Below, piece after piece: positions 1-11,136 of a DNA stretch of 59,114 nt; position 1 is the first letter of the stretch, and each line of letters opens with the position of its first letter. The notes under the pieces are model-generated. The model saw nothing but the letters and a program-made list of their open reading frames with translations. It made no database searches and had not been told where the DNA came from. Source of the stretch: Savitreella phatthalungensis (lineage: Eukaryota); the NCBI GenBank assembly GCA_051599415.1, contig AP039696.1, forward strand, positions 558,001 through 617,114, in the 5' to 3' direction. A program made the translations under genes and the position numbers.

Positions 1-164
1 ACTGGCAACAGGCTGAGGCTCAGATCAAGAAAGGTGGAGCCACCCAGGTCGGTGTAAGAGGTGCGGCTTCGACTGACAAACGTGGGATCGCACAGGAGAT
101 TTTGGACAAGGAGGACAAGCACCGCCAAAAGAAGCGCGGCAAAAAGGAAAAAGCCAGGTCATAA
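1..164 (+). CDS. 3' end (partial) of probable RNA cytidine acetyltransferase Kre33/NAT10
   Basis: Frame from base 3 reads WQQAEAQIKKGGATQVGVRG...AQEILDKEDKHRQKKRGKKEKARS*, with TAA at 162-164. It resembles the W..AE.Q...GG / EI / Lys-rich tail of fungal Kre33 as I recall it. Only 53 codons are visible. Confidence 0.5.
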   Translation, partial: WQQAEAQIKKGGATQVGVRGAASTDKRGIAQEILDKEDKHRQKKRGKKEKARS

Positions 165-1659
165 GTGTATAGATATGCCAATAAGATTGACGTTGAAACG
201 CTCGTCACGTCGCCAGCTAGCCCACGTCAGGCACTGGCCGAGGTCTGACGTAGCATTCTTAAAACACGTCGGCGCTTGGGACAATCCTGGACTCAGACTG
301 CGAATCAAGCTTGTTGAGTCAATCAGATGATGCTTGCGGTTTTTGGACCGGGCGACTGAGTCGAGGAAAACGTCATCCGCAGTCACAAGCCCGTGCTTCG
401 CTCGAGGGAAGCTAACTTTGATAGAAACCTGCCACGCTCGCGCTCAAATTCTGAATGACGCAGTTTTGAATGTCGTGTTCGATCAAGTCGCGGGACTATG
501 TAACTCTACTTGGGTTTCGGTCGGCATGTTTGCCCGGGACAAGGAGATGACCATCCTCGACGGGCGGTTAGACGCTGTGAGAGCGAGGTTTGGACTGCAA
601 TTAGACACATTGTGCTCTCAAATACGCTATAGCACATCGTACTCTCAACACTGTAGCCGTACATGGCGCTGAGAGCTGTCATGCGCCAGTATCAATGTAC
701 TGCATCTTGACGGCCGGGCCCATTAATGTATGCAACGAACTCATTTGATCGATCGATAATTAAATGAATTATGCATGATCGATCGGTTCCTTCGTGAAAA
801 ACAGATTCGGAATTGAGTCGTCATGCAGTGTTATGAGTTATTCCCGTTGAGTTTGATTTCAGTTACTCGATTGACTACTTGCACTGTCTCAATGTCTAGC
901 TAGCTAATCATGCATGCGTGTCAATGGCTCGTATTCAGCGTATGCACGTACGCACGTACATCGATCACTAGAATTGATCGATTCATTGGCAGTAGCGAAT
1001 GTCTGAATACCGCTATCATTTACTCTCAATTCAACTACGAGATTCAATATATTGCATGCTGATCTACTATATGTATAATGAATGAATCAGCTCAAATAGT
1101 GCCAGATCTCTTGAACTGCATCGATATCTCGATCTTGATATCGAGGCCTGCATCTAATTCAGAGCTCTGATCAGAGTACGTACATATATTCGTAAGTACG
1201 GATATACGTCCATACATATATGCTGTATAGTTGTACGTCTGATAAATGAATTACACATATACTATTGTACGTCCGGCCGTATGCATCTGCAGGTATACGT
1301 ACGTAGATACGTCTGACTAGACCTGAAAACACCGACGAGCCCGAGTGAGTGCGTAAGCCGCAACCCACTCCCCAACAAACAACACCATCATCTGTCTCGA
1401 TCGGATTACCTTCAAATCGTCTTGTGTTGAATCGCGTTTCTATAGTGCGATACCCGGCAGCGCAATCAGCAGCACAATCCCACAGCGCTGTTTCGCACAC
1501 GAGTGCTAGTTGTGCAAAAAGCGCACTTTATCGGGGTAGCTCCATATACCAGCGAGATATGCGCTGATCCGTTCCTGAGAAATTGAGCTCGGTGATTACA
1601 GCTGTACACTTTCTGTACACTTTCCGAGTCGCGACTTCGAATCTCTCTAGTCCCTCAAC

Positions 1660-3087
1660 ATGTCGCTTCCAACGACAACGATTTATGCCTCGACAATGTC
1701 ATCGCCAACTGCTTCTCCCACAAGCACAAGCACTTCCTCATCCGGCAGTACTGTCGACAGCCAAAAATCGCCTTTGCTGTTTTTCGTTGCCTTAGGCTTT
1801 GGCGTACTCTTCACCAATCTGTGGATTATCATTGGTGTCAAATATTGTTTTCGCTATCAGAACGCCCGTCGTCGCGGTATGACTATGAACGAGGTTGCTA
1901 TGGAGCAGATGGGCCACCGACGAAGGCGACGAGAAAAGAAGTTGATGACTCAAGAGGAAGTCGACGATAGATTCCCTTTGCAGACTTACAAGAATTGGCG
2001 CGCTGATCGCGAGCGTGCCGGTTTGAGCACTGCTGGAGGCGTCGCCTCTGTAGATGCAGATGACGCACAACAGGCGAGAGATTTGCTCAATGGCAAAGCG
2101 CCATCAGTCCGTGCTCCGTCTCGCCCAGCTAGCTTACACGGAGCTGCGTTGCCATCTCCTGCTGCGGATCGCCCGGGCTCAATCTATGAAGTGGGCAGCG
2201 GTGGCGAGCAAGAAATACTCGTCGACGGAAGGAGACAAGATCTCACGGTCGTCGGACGTGTAGACAGTCAGCAAGCGGTCGAGGGCATCAGCCACGCATC
2301 TCCAAGCAAGGGCACGCTGACGACGTCACATCGGGCTGCGAATCCGTCAATGGACTCGAGACGTTCTACAGAGGACAGGTCGGTCCAACAACGTCGACGG
2401 GAAGATGAGGACGCGGAGGACGAGGAAGAGGACGATGCGGTGGAGGCTAATCTGGCTGACGACGTACCTCAACATCTCCCGGACGACATAGCGTCAGGGG
2501 ATAATTGTGCTATCTGCATCGATACTCTGGAGGATGAAGACCAGATACGTGGCTTGAGTTGCGGCCATGCTTTCCATGGCACGTGCGTCGATGTCTGGCT
2601 GACGACTCGGAGGGCGATCTGTCCTCTGTGTAAGCGCGACTTTTATGTGCGCAAAGCGCAGGAAGGCACGGCGGCTCTCGACGAGAATGGCGATCCGATA
2701 CCGGAGCGTGTAGAGACCCGCGAGGAACGTCGTGAGCGTCGTCGACAGCGTCGCCAGGCTCGTGCCGCGCTCCTGATGGGTCAACAGCCGGTGGACGCTG
2801 CACCGCGATCTTACGATCAGCCTACGGGCAATCCAAATGCTCTGGCGCAGCGGCAGCGGGAGAGCGCTGAGATGCAAGAGCGCCGAAGCATTTGGCAGCA
2901 GCTTGTCGGCTACGCTCGACAGAATCGTCAGCCGTCTGATCTAGAGGGACAGCGGCAGCCGAGCGACCGGACGCATCCTGCCAGTGAAAGCGCCAATCCG
3001 GAGGTCTCCTTGGACTCGGACAGACCGCGCTCGGCGCGCCCGAACAACCGTGGCATCACAACGGTCGCCACCATTACAACCGGTTGA
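1660..3087 (+). CDS. Single-pass membrane RING-H2 E3 ubiquitin ligase (ATL/RNF-like)
   Basis: N-terminal TM segment SPLLFFVALGFGVLFTNLWIIIGVKYCFRY and RING-H2 CAICIDTLEDEDQIRGLSCGHAFHGTCVDVWLTTRRAICPLCK. Confidence 0.92.
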   Translation: MSLPTTTIYASTMSSPTASPTSTSTSSSGSTVDSQKSPLLFFVALGFGVLFTNLWIIIGVKYCFRYQNARRRGMTMNEVAMEQMGHRRRRREKKLMTQEEVDDRFPLQTYKNWRADRERAGLSTAGGVASVDADDAQQARDLLNGKAPSVRAPSRPASLHGAALPSPAADRPGSIYEVGSGGEQEILVDGRRQDLTVVGRVDSQQAVEGISHASPSKGTLTTSHRAANPSMDSRRSTEDRSVQQRRREDEDAEDEEEDDAVEANLADDVPQHLPDDIASGDNCAICIDTLEDEDQIRGLSCGHAFHGTCVDVWLTTRRAICPLCKRDFYVRKAQEGTAALDENGDPIPERVETREERRERRRQRRQARAALLMGQQPVDAAPRSYDQPTGNPNALAQRQRESAEMQERRSIWQQLVGYARQNRQPSDLEGQRQPSDRTHPASESANPEVSLDSDRPRSARPNNRGITTVATITTG

Positions 3088-3207
3088 CCCCGGCCTGCAC
3101 ATGTTCGTTGTGTAATTTGCTTTAGCTGTAGCATCTCATCCATTCATCTTTGCTTTCATGCGTTTTTTCAGAGTCATTCCACATTCGTATTACTCCTATG
3201 GAAACAT

Positions 3208-4239
3208 CTAGTCGATAACCATATCCATGTCTGCGTCTGCTTCCTGAGCATGATATAATGCATGCGCATGCTCGATCGCCTCATCGTCGGCCATAATGCC
3301 CGAATCGTCGTCGGTGTCGTTGTGGTCCGCGACTTGGTACGCATCAGCGTTGATAGTCCAGTGGTCTATCATGCCGTTTGGCACATGTTCTTCGACGTCT
3401 GCATCGGAGACTTCTGGCGAGTCAGATTGCTGCCGCTGAATTGTCCGCATCTCGTCCGATGTATAGCTGTAGTCGGAGGGCAATTCTTCGAATCTCGAAG
3501 CGGGGTCGTCCCATTCGCCGCCGCGTGCCCATTCGCCTTCGTCCTCGAGCAAGTCTTCTAGCGTCGTCTGTGTTCGTAATGGTGGCGAAGTCGGTTCTTC
3601 CACATCGCCGAAGACAGCAGGCTCGTGCTGCTTGAGCTGAGGCAATACGTGGCGCAACAGCACCGCAGGGTCATGTCGCATAGCAACCACGTCATTTGCG
3701 GGGCCCGCGTAGCGCACGAGCTCATCGCCGCGTCCCTTTGAGAGGATATACGTCGGAAGAATGTTGTGGTCGCGGACGAGTCGTGGATCTAAAGGTGAGC
3801 TTGTGAAGCCCTTTGCGGGTAGATGCACTCGATAAGATGGCTCAGGAAAGTAGTCACTTGATGTTTCGCTTCGAGCTTTTGCAGGCCGCGCAAATTCGTA
3901 TTTCACTCCATCTCCCTGCTCGTCAATATCAGAGGCCAATGGTGTGCCTTGTATCGCGGCCGGATCGATCTCTTCTGAGGGCTTTGAAAGCGACCGACTG
4001 CTTAATCTGTCGTCCGTGATCGTCGAAGAGCTTCTTGAGGGGCTGGCTGTCAGCGTTGTCTTGCGCGCGTGTCTCAAAAGGGAATCTTGATTGATGCTGA
4101 GGGATCTGAAGGCGTCATCAAGTCTGCGTTTCTGCCGACGTCCGAGTCTCAAATCATCGTCCAAGTCGGGTTCCGTAGCAGCATGCTCGGCCGCGGACAG
4201 TGATTTACGCTTTGCTGGCGAAGACGCGGAGAAACTCAT
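3208..4239 (-). CDS. Hypothetical protein, acidic/disordered, basic NLS-like N-terminus
   Basis: 343-aa ATG-initiated ORF filling the gap between neighbouring genes; no recognisable domain. Confidence 0.7.
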   Translation of the reverse strand: MSFSASSPAKRKSLSAAEHAATEPDLDDDLRLGRRQKRRLDDAFRSLSINQDSLLRHARKTTLTASPSRSSSTITDDRLSSRSLSKPSEEIDPAAIQGTPLASDIDEQGDGVKYEFARPAKARSETSSDYFPEPSYRVHLPAKGFTSSPLDPRLVRDHNILPTYILSKGRGDELVRYAGPANDVVAMRHDPAVLLRHVLPQLKQHEPAVFGDVEEPTSPPLRTQTTLEDLLEDEGEWARGGEWDDPASRFEELPSDYSYTSDEMRTIQRQQSDSPEVSDADVEEHVPNGMIDHWTINADAYQVADHNDTDDDSGIMADDEAIEHAHALYHAQEADADMDMVID

Positions 4240-4780
4240 CAGGGCTTTGGGACAATTGAGTGAACAGCAGTTTGTTTGGATCCGATACGAGCATGGTGGA
4301 CCAAGCCAGGGTCATTCTTATTCGCCTGGAGACTAGTCCAAGGCGGTTGACATAATGACTTGAGGCGTTCTCAGTGTGCTCACGTCTTGATCACTCTCGT
4401 TCGGATCTATGGGTTCGGTAAGCAGTCACCGCTCTCTCGAGGACGTACACCCGTACATGAATTCCATGTGTCATTCCGGTACGTGACACAATCGAAGTTC
4501 ACGCATGCACCGCATACCGATCGATCTTTTGCATTTGGACTACGGAGATTTGTATTTTTCCAGTGACTCCCGAACACAGTGAACGTACAATTTGTCAAGA
4601 CATCGCGATCCAGCCATCATAAAGGCTACAGTCCAGTCGACAAGGCTGTTGCCCCGAAGCCTAAAGGCAGCTACGCTATTTATCCCTGGCATTGTCGCAT
4701 CTCGAAATCTGCTGCGTCGATCGCTCACACCGTTCTTATCCAACTGTTTTTCTTCTTCCATCCACGTTCATACAGCTGCT

Positions 4781-7711
4781 ATGACGACAGCTGCAGGCAA
4801 CGCAGACCAAGCCTGGCCTGCGACCTTGGTGCGTAAGACTTTCTTCGATTACTTCCAAAAGCACGGGCATACATTTGTCCCTTCATCTCCGACAATTCCC
4901 TTTGATGATCCGACGTTGCTTTTTGCCAATGCCGGGATGAATCAATACAAGCCAATCTTCCTCGGCACTGTGGATCCGGACTCCGACTTCGGCAAGTTGA
5001 AGCGTGCGGTCAATTCTCAAAAGTGTATCCGTGCAGGAGGCAAGCATAATGACCTCGAAGATGTCGGTCGTGATTCGTACCATCATACTTTCTTCGAAAT
5101 GCTGGGCAACTGGTCTTTCGGCGATTACTTCAAGAAAGAGGCGATCGCTTATTCCTGGGAGCTGCTCACAAAGGTGTACGGCTTGCCTGCTGACAGACTC
5201 TATGTTACATACTTTGGTGGCGACAAGGCACAGGGCCTCGACGCTGATCTGGAAGCCAAGCAGCTCTGGCTCGCCCAAGGTGTGTCTGAAGATCACATCT
5301 TGCCGGGAAACATGAAAGATAATTTCTGGGAAATGGGAGAAGTCGGACCATGCGGACCATGCTCGGAGATACACTTCGATCGTATTGGAGGAAGAAATGC
5401 TGCAAAGCTCGTTAACATGGATGACCCGCTTGTCCTGGAAATCTGGAATAACGTGTTCATACAGTACAACCGCGAGGTCGGTGGCGCACTTCGGTCTCTG
5501 CCAAACAAGCATGTCGATACTGGCATGGGTTTCGAGCGCTTAGTCTCCATCCTGCAGAACAAGCAGTCAAACTACGACACCGATGTATTCTCGCCGATCT
5601 TCCAAAAGATCCAGGACCTTACAGGGGCTCGTCCCTATGCTGGGCGTTTTGGAAAGGAGGACGAGGGCGAGATTGATACTGCTTATAGAGTCGTCGCTGA
5701 CCACGTCCGCACATTACTCTTCGCCATCGCCGATGGTGGTTCACCGGATGCGACTGGCAGAGGCTACGTTCTTCGTCGCATTCTGCGACGTGGAGCACGA
5801 TATGTCCGCAAGAAATTTGGAGTACCGATCGGAAGCTTCTTCTCCTCGCTCGCTCCCACAGTCGTGGATCAGATGTCACATGTCTTCCCGGAGCTCAAGA
5901 AGAACCTTGATGATGCGAAAGAGATCCTGGATGAAGAAGAAAAATCCTTTGCGCAGACGCTCGATCGCGGTGAGAAGCTCTTTGAGACCTACATGGCGCA
6001 GGCGCGTGCCGAGAACTCAACTCAGCTGCCTGGAGACAAAGCATGGCTCTTGTATGACACCTACGGGTTCCCTGTTGATCTAACGACTCTCATGGCGGAA
6101 GAGAACGGTATGACCGTCGATGTCGATGCACTCGCTGCCGCAGAACAGAAGTCAAAACAGGCCTCTCGCGACGCCGCGCTTGCTGCTAAGGGAAAAGCTT
6201 CCATGCTCAAACTAGACGTGCATGCACTTGGTCAGCTCGAGGGAATGCCTGAAGTCACCAAGACGGATGACTCTGCAAAGTATCAGCTCGGCAATATCAC
6301 TGCCCGCGTCAAGGCGATCATTACAGAGAAGGGAGACTTTGTCAAGTCCTGCGCGGCAGCAAGCTCCGATAGTGGAACAAGGGCACAATTTGGGATCTTG
6401 CTGGACCGTACAAATTTCTACGCAGAACAAGGTGGTCAGGAGAACGACGTCGGCAGACTCGTCATCGACGAAACTCAGGATCGATCAGCTGTGGTCTTCA
6501 CGGTTGAAAATGTGCAGGTTTACGCGGGTTATATCTTGCATACAGGCTATATGACCGAGGGCACGTTGTCATTTGATGACGAGGTGGTTGCAACATATGA
6601 CGAGACTCGTCGCTGGCCGATCAAGAACAATCACACTGGCACTCACATCCTCAATTTTGCTCTGCGCGAGGTACTGGGTGATGGGATCGATCAGCGCGGC
6701 TCTTTGGTCGCTGCAGAGAAACTGCGTTTTGACTTTAGCCATAAGTCTCCGGTCACTCCCGAGGAGCTCGAGCGCATCGAGGCGATCTGCGATCAGCATC
6801 TGGGCCGGAATCTGAAGGTCTACTCGCAGGAGGTCGCATTAGCTGCGGCACGCGGAATCAATGGCCTGCGTGCTGTCTTTGGCGAAACCTATCCCGATCC
6901 AGTGAGAGTCGTATCTGTCGGTGCAGACCTGAAGGAAGTCCTGGCCGAGCCCAGCAAGGAGAGTTGGCGCGAGTTCTCGATCGAGTTCTGCGGTGGCACA
7001 CATGTTGCGTCAACAGCTGATATCAAGCATTTCTGTATCGTTGAGGAGTCGGGTATCGCCAAGGGCATTCGTCGAATCATCGCCTTCACAGGACGCGACG
7101 CGCAGGAGGCTGTAAGGGTAGCAGACAGCATGGCTGCCCGACTGGACGCTCTGGCTGCATTGCCCCATGGACCTCGCAAGGAAGCCGGCCTGAAGGAGTT
7201 TGCGCCTGAGTTGGCAGCTGTCCAAACGTCCGCAGTACGCAAGCACTCCATGCGCGAACGTTTCCAGAAGATACAGACAGAAACAGCGGCGGCTGAAAAG
7301 CAACGTGCAAAGCAGGAGGCCGCCAAGGCCTTGGCTTTCCTCAAAGCGCAGCTCGAACCAGAGGACAAGACACATTCACAGTCCAAACACGTGATAGCTC
7401 GTGTTCCTGATGTCAGTGCCTCCGCCAAGACGCTTAATGAGGCATTGACCTGGGCGAAGAAGGCACATCCAGATGTGGCAGTCTACCTTTTCGCTGCGGA
7501 CTCGGAAAGGGTCGCGCATTCCATCTACGTGCCGAAGTCGCTGGGCGCTCCTGACGGTTCCGCTGCGAAGGTCGCACAACAGACAGCACAACTCGTTGGC
7601 GGAAAAGCTGGTGGTAAGGGCGAGTCATGCCAGGGCGTAGGTGATTCGCCCGCTGGACTCGATGAGGCTCTTGCGCAGGCTGCCGTCTTCTTCGAGACGC
7701 TAAAGATCTAG
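4781..7711 (+). CDS. ALA1: Alanyl-tRNA synthetase (cytosolic start at 4781; in-frame ATG-less extension back to 4583)
   Basis: [56 protein letters not shown]; editing domain NHTGTH...EFCGGTH; C-Ala GGKAGG. Confidence 0.98.
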   Translation: MTTAAGNADQAWPATLVRKTFFDYFQKHGHTFVPSSPTIPFDDPTLLFANAGMNQYKPIFLGTVDPDSDFGKLKRAVNSQKCIRAGGKHNDLEDVGRDSYHHTFFEMLGNWSFGDYFKKEAIAYSWELLTKVYGLPADRLYVTYFGGDKAQGLDADLEAKQLWLAQGVSEDHILPGNMKDNFWEMGEVGPCGPCSEIHFDRIGGRNAAKLVNMDDPLVLEIWNNVFIQYNREVGGALRSLPNKHVDTGMGFERLVSILQNKQSNYDTDVFSPIFQKIQDLTGARPYAGRFGKEDEGEIDTAYRVVADHVRTLLFAIADGGSPDATGRGYVLRRILRRGARYVRKKFGVPIGSFFSSLAPTVVDQMSHVFPELKKNLDDAKEILDEEEKSFAQTLDRGEKLFETYMAQARAENSTQLPGDKAWLLYDTYGFPVDLTTLMAEENGMTVDVDALAAAEQKSKQASRDAALAAKGKASMLKLDVHALGQLEGMPEVTKTDDSAKYQLGNITARVKAIITEKGDFVKSCAAASSDSGTRAQFGILLDRTNFYAEQGGQENDVGRLVIDETQDRSAVVFTVENVQVYAGYILHTGYMTEGTLSFDDEVVATYDETRRWPIKNNHTGTHILNFALREVLGDGIDQRGSLVAAEKLRFDFSHKSPVTPEELERIEAICDQHLGRNLKVYSQEVALAAARGINGLRAVFGETYPDPVRVVSVGADLKEVLAEPSKESWREFSIEFCGGTHVASTADIKHFCIVEESGIAKGIRRIIAFTGRDAQEAVRVADSMAARLDALAALPHGPRKEAGLKEFAPELAAVQTSAVRKHSMRERFQKIQTETAAAEKQRAKQEAAKALAFLKAQLEPEDKTHSQSKHVIARVPDVSASAKTLNEALTWAKKAHPDVAVYLFAADSERVAHSIYVPKSLGAPDGSAAKVAQQTAQLVGGKAGGKGESCQGVGDSPAGLDEALAQAAVFFETLKI

Positions 7712-7772
7712 AGAGCCAGTGCAGGGAAATCCGTCGGAAATAGATTCATTAGTTGCCTAATCGGTCCGAGAC

Positions 7773-9092
7773 CTACTCATTACGCGACGAGACAGACTTA
7801 TTGATATACCCTGTAGCCGCAAGAATGCCGCCATCAATTTGGACTGATGCGAGGAGCTTGATCGCCCAAATTAGTGTGGCAATAGCCATGATAGTGAACC
7901 AGAAGAAGATCTGGAATTCGACGGAGACGTCTCGTTTGTTACATGCATCTCCAGCCCAGACGGTCGTTTTCTTGCCCGATCCGCCACTGCCTGTGACGTT
8001 GCGGACAGTCGGTGAGCACATACACTGATAGCAATTTTCCTGGCCCATGTACTTCTTACAGGTACCGTGACCAGAGCATTTGTCTGTCGCCTCCTCGCAA
8101 GCAGCCTGCGACTTGTAGCAGCCTCCTGCTCCACGGCCATCAGAGCTACGAGTCAGTTCGAGCGTGGGCGCAACATGCTGGTCTCCGAAGAGCATTTCGT
8201 TTTCTTCCCAGCGCTTCAAGATTCCGCCGTGCAGCGGCCCGGTCGTACTGGCTTCATGAATCGGTGGCAGGAGCGCGACTATGAGGCGCTGCTGCGTGCC
8301 AGATACTTCCACCATGCGTGAGTACAAGGTCGAAAGTGTTTGATGGTAAGCTTTCACGGCAGCAGAGTATTGATCGGAATGAGCGCCGTACTTGTTGATC
8401 AAGACTTCCAACCCAACAAGATGTCCTGCTGCATACTGAGAGTCGAGAGAGGGCGCCGGCGCGCGTCCAATGGCATCAACGAAAGACTCGAGAGCGGACA
8501 ATTCGGAGATGAAGCCACGGTCCTCAACGATCCGCATATCAAAGTGCTGCGCGATAGCCTTGCCGTAGAACTTCTCGAATCGATCCATCGAAGGTCCATG
8601 TCTGACATGTTCGTGAACTGTCTTCAGCGGTGGACTTAGATAAAGGCCTCCTCTCCTCGAATTGCCGTATACCTTCTCCAGCCGCTCGCCACGCAAATCT
8701 TCAGCTTGATTGAGAAGCTTGACCATGAGATCGCTATATGCTTCCGTTCTCGGTGAATTATCGATGTGACATAGCGGCTTGGTGTCCGGAAAGATATGCT
8801 TCGAGTCCCCGACGCCAGCGATATTCAGTACGACCGAGCCTACAGACGGCTGAAAGACGTGTGCGTAATCATTTCCGCTGATCAGATCGATCACTCGAGA
8901 CTGTTGTCCGATGAACCCCAGCCGATGGTACCGGCTCACCCGGAAGATCTCACTGTAGATTTGCCGCGATTCTGCGGGAGTCAGTGTCGGAGGCGAGTCG
9001 TGACGATGACCATCGTCAGGAAACATATACAGCGTCGCCTGAGCGGCCAGAGCCACCGGCGAGCATAAGGCTGCCAAGATTGTCAAGCGCAT
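7773..9092 (-). CDS. Vps3844 / DUF3844 type I membrane protein
   Basis: Signal peptide MRLTILAALCSPVALA; C-terminal CYKSQAACEEATDKCSGHGTC...C.C...WAGDACNKRDVSVEFQIFFWFTI followed by a TM helix and GGILAA. Confidence 0.85.
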   Translation of the reverse strand: MRLTILAALCSPVALAAQATLYMFPDDGHRHDSPPTLTPAESRQIYSEIFRVSRYHRLGFIGQQSRVIDLISGNDYAHVFQPSVGSVVLNIAGVGDSKHIFPDTKPLCHIDNSPRTEAYSDLMVKLLNQAEDLRGERLEKVYGNSRRGGLYLSPPLKTVHEHVRHGPSMDRFEKFYGKAIAQHFDMRIVEDRGFISELSALESFVDAIGRAPAPSLDSQYAAGHLVGLEVLINKYGAHSDQYSAAVKAYHQTLSTLYSRMVEVSGTQQRLIVALLPPIHEASTTGPLHGGILKRWEENEMLFGDQHVAPTLELTRSSDGRGAGGCYKSQAACEEATDKCSGHGTCKKYMGQENCYQCMCSPTVRNVTGSGGSGKKTTVWAGDACNKRDVSVEFQIFFWFTIMAIATLIWAIKLLASVQIDGGILAATGYINKSVSSRNE

Positions 9093-9354
9093 CCTTATCA
9101 CGGTCGACAATCAGCGTCACGCAAACTTGAGGTCAAACGTCTTGAGCGCGACAGGAGCCGTGCTTCCGTCATATCGAAATGCGATCAGTAAAATCCGATG
9201 CATGACAATCGTGCATATGCTGCTCGACGTCGCAGTGATCGACTGGCTGTATTATTGTAGAACGAATACACAAATTCCGATCATATGCAGCCAACAGTAT
9301 ATGTACACAGACAATAATTTACTCCAAGCCCTCATGAGAAAGACGTGCAGGATG

Positions 9355-10860
9355 CTAGGTGAAGGATTCTGCTGGCATATGACGCTTGTATCGATCAGCA
9401 TCCCTTTGATTGATGCATTCTTGCTCGTCTCCACATATCCTGTGCTTCTCGTGCACAATTCTTTTGAGTATATATAACTGTGGACTCATGCGAGCTTGCA
9501 ACTTCGCCAGATCGAGGCCGCTGTAGCCGAAGACAGTAGTTATCACTTTCCACTCTGTGCCATTGCGTAACAAGCTGGGCGTCTCTGTGACAATGTAGTC
9601 GAAAGAACGCCAGAATTCAGGGCTTGCCAGCTTGGCCTCTTCTTCAGACTTATCCCAGACAGCGCCATTCTGGAGGAAGCGGGTGGCGCCCGTCATGCAC
9701 GTTTTGACATCTAGGTGTGTCCGGCCCTCGCGTGGAAGCGAGGTCACTGCGGTCCCACCTGGATAGTTGAGGCTCGAGATACGTAGCATGCCTGCTGAAA
9801 TCAAAGCCGAAGCGGCAATGCTGCTAGCCACTAGGATTGTGCATGCTCGGCCAATCTGGTGTCTGTAACGACACAGGCTGGACAGGCAATTCGCAGCGCC
9901 AGCGGTCAACATAGGCACGATGTACACGATGAAGCGCCATTCCTTGTGCGGCTGTAGCGAGTAAAGGCCGACGAAGATGACGCAGGCCATCAGGTAGGGC
10001 GGTCGAGATCTACCACCCAGACTGCCGAGAACTCCTAGGATTGCCATCGGATTGAGCAGCAGCCTAATAATGTCCAGTCCGTACTGCCACCACGGTGATA
10101 CACCCCACTGGCGTGATTTACCCTGAACGGCGTTGAACATGAAGCCAGCGAGCTCGGGCAGCGTTGCCGCACGCCAGAAATACGTGTCCACTGTGAGCGA
10201 GACAAGTATAGCTAATAGAGACGCGAAGGCTCCGATGAGGATGGTGTAGGACATTCGAGCTAAAGATGGCTCGTCAAGCAGGTAAGAGCCAATGACAGGT
10301 GCTAGAAGCAAGAGTAACTCTGCCCGAAACACAATGGTCGCGAATGTCAACAAGGCAATTGCTTGATATGGGTTGCCGCTTGGAAGCAGAAGCTCAGCGA
10401 ATGCGCACGTAGTCAAAGGCATTGCCAGCATGTTTGGCAGCATGCGCGAAGCGTAGTACATCAAATGGAACTGCGTCGATTGTAGGAGGATATACATGGT
10501 ACCAGCCAGTCTGCCATGACGTCGACGAACTGCATAAGCAAATCGCGCCAGTGCGACGACGTTGATGATCCCGAGAGCTGCGCGAGCGTGCAGCTGAAGC
10601 TCCAATCCTGTGGGAGTGCGACCAAAGAGCATAATTTTGTGCACCATACCGAGAATGAGAGCACCAATGAAGGTCCTCGGCACTGATCCTGGGAACTCGA
10701 CATGATCGTACAGCGAGAGGGCTTCCGGTCGCACGCCCAAGGTCGTCACATCATGCACGGCCTGCATGTTGAAGGACTCCTCGACCTTTGTGAATGGAGC
10801 ATAATGAAGGTGCAGGCCTGCAGCGATCGCGAATACAATCAAGGCTGAGCGCGAGATCAT
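9355..10860 (-). CDS. ALG12: Dol-P-Man alpha-1,6-mannosyltransferase (GT22)
   Basis: APFTKVEESFNMQAVHD, YDHVEFPGSVPRTFIG, QFHLMYYASRMLPN, PHKEWRFIVY, SSLNYPGG, CMTGATRFLQ. Confidence 0.95.
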   Translation of the reverse strand: MISRSALIVFAIAAGLHLHYAPFTKVEESFNMQAVHDVTTLGVRPEALSLYDHVEFPGSVPRTFIGALILGMVHKIMLFGRTPTGLELQLHARAALGIINVVALARFAYAVRRRHGRLAGTMYILLQSTQFHLMYYASRMLPNMLAMPLTTCAFAELLLPSGNPYQAIALLTFATIVFRAELLLLLAPVIGSYLLDEPSLARMSYTILIGAFASLLAILVSLTVDTYFWRAATLPELAGFMFNAVQGKSRQWGVSPWWQYGLDIIRLLLNPMAILGVLGSLGGRSRPPYLMACVIFVGLYSLQPHKEWRFIVYIVPMLTAGAANCLSSLCRYRHQIGRACTILVASSIAASALISAGMLRISSLNYPGGTAVTSLPREGRTHLDVKTCMTGATRFLQNGAVWDKSEEEAKLASPEFWRSFDYIVTETPSLLRNGTEWKVITTVFGYSGLDLAKLQARMSPQLYILKRIVHEKHRICGDEQECINQRDADRYKRHMPAESFT

Positions 10861-11136
10861 TCGGTCGTCGACGTCACGCTGAGCTTCTGAAGCTCAACCT
10901 CAAGTTTCAAATCACTTCTACGCCCGTTGCAGCCTGAGCGACATAGTGCGGGCTATGTTATATACAGTCTAACGAATTTTACGGCATGCTCAATGCGCAC
11001 TAAATTTGTGTGGATCCGGCGGAATGAAGGGCTCGTGGATGGGATCGCTGAATGAAACTACGTTGAAGAGGGATAGTGGGCCGTGACTGCCAACATTGGC
11101 TGCATCAGGCACGGATAAATACGTGAAGGCCGGCTT

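Noticed and set aside
159..700. Possible small (spliced) gene on either strand (ORFs 159-386, 334-672)
   Set aside because: Non-ATG starts, no recognisable domain, and I could not build a coherent exon chain from the weak splice signals.
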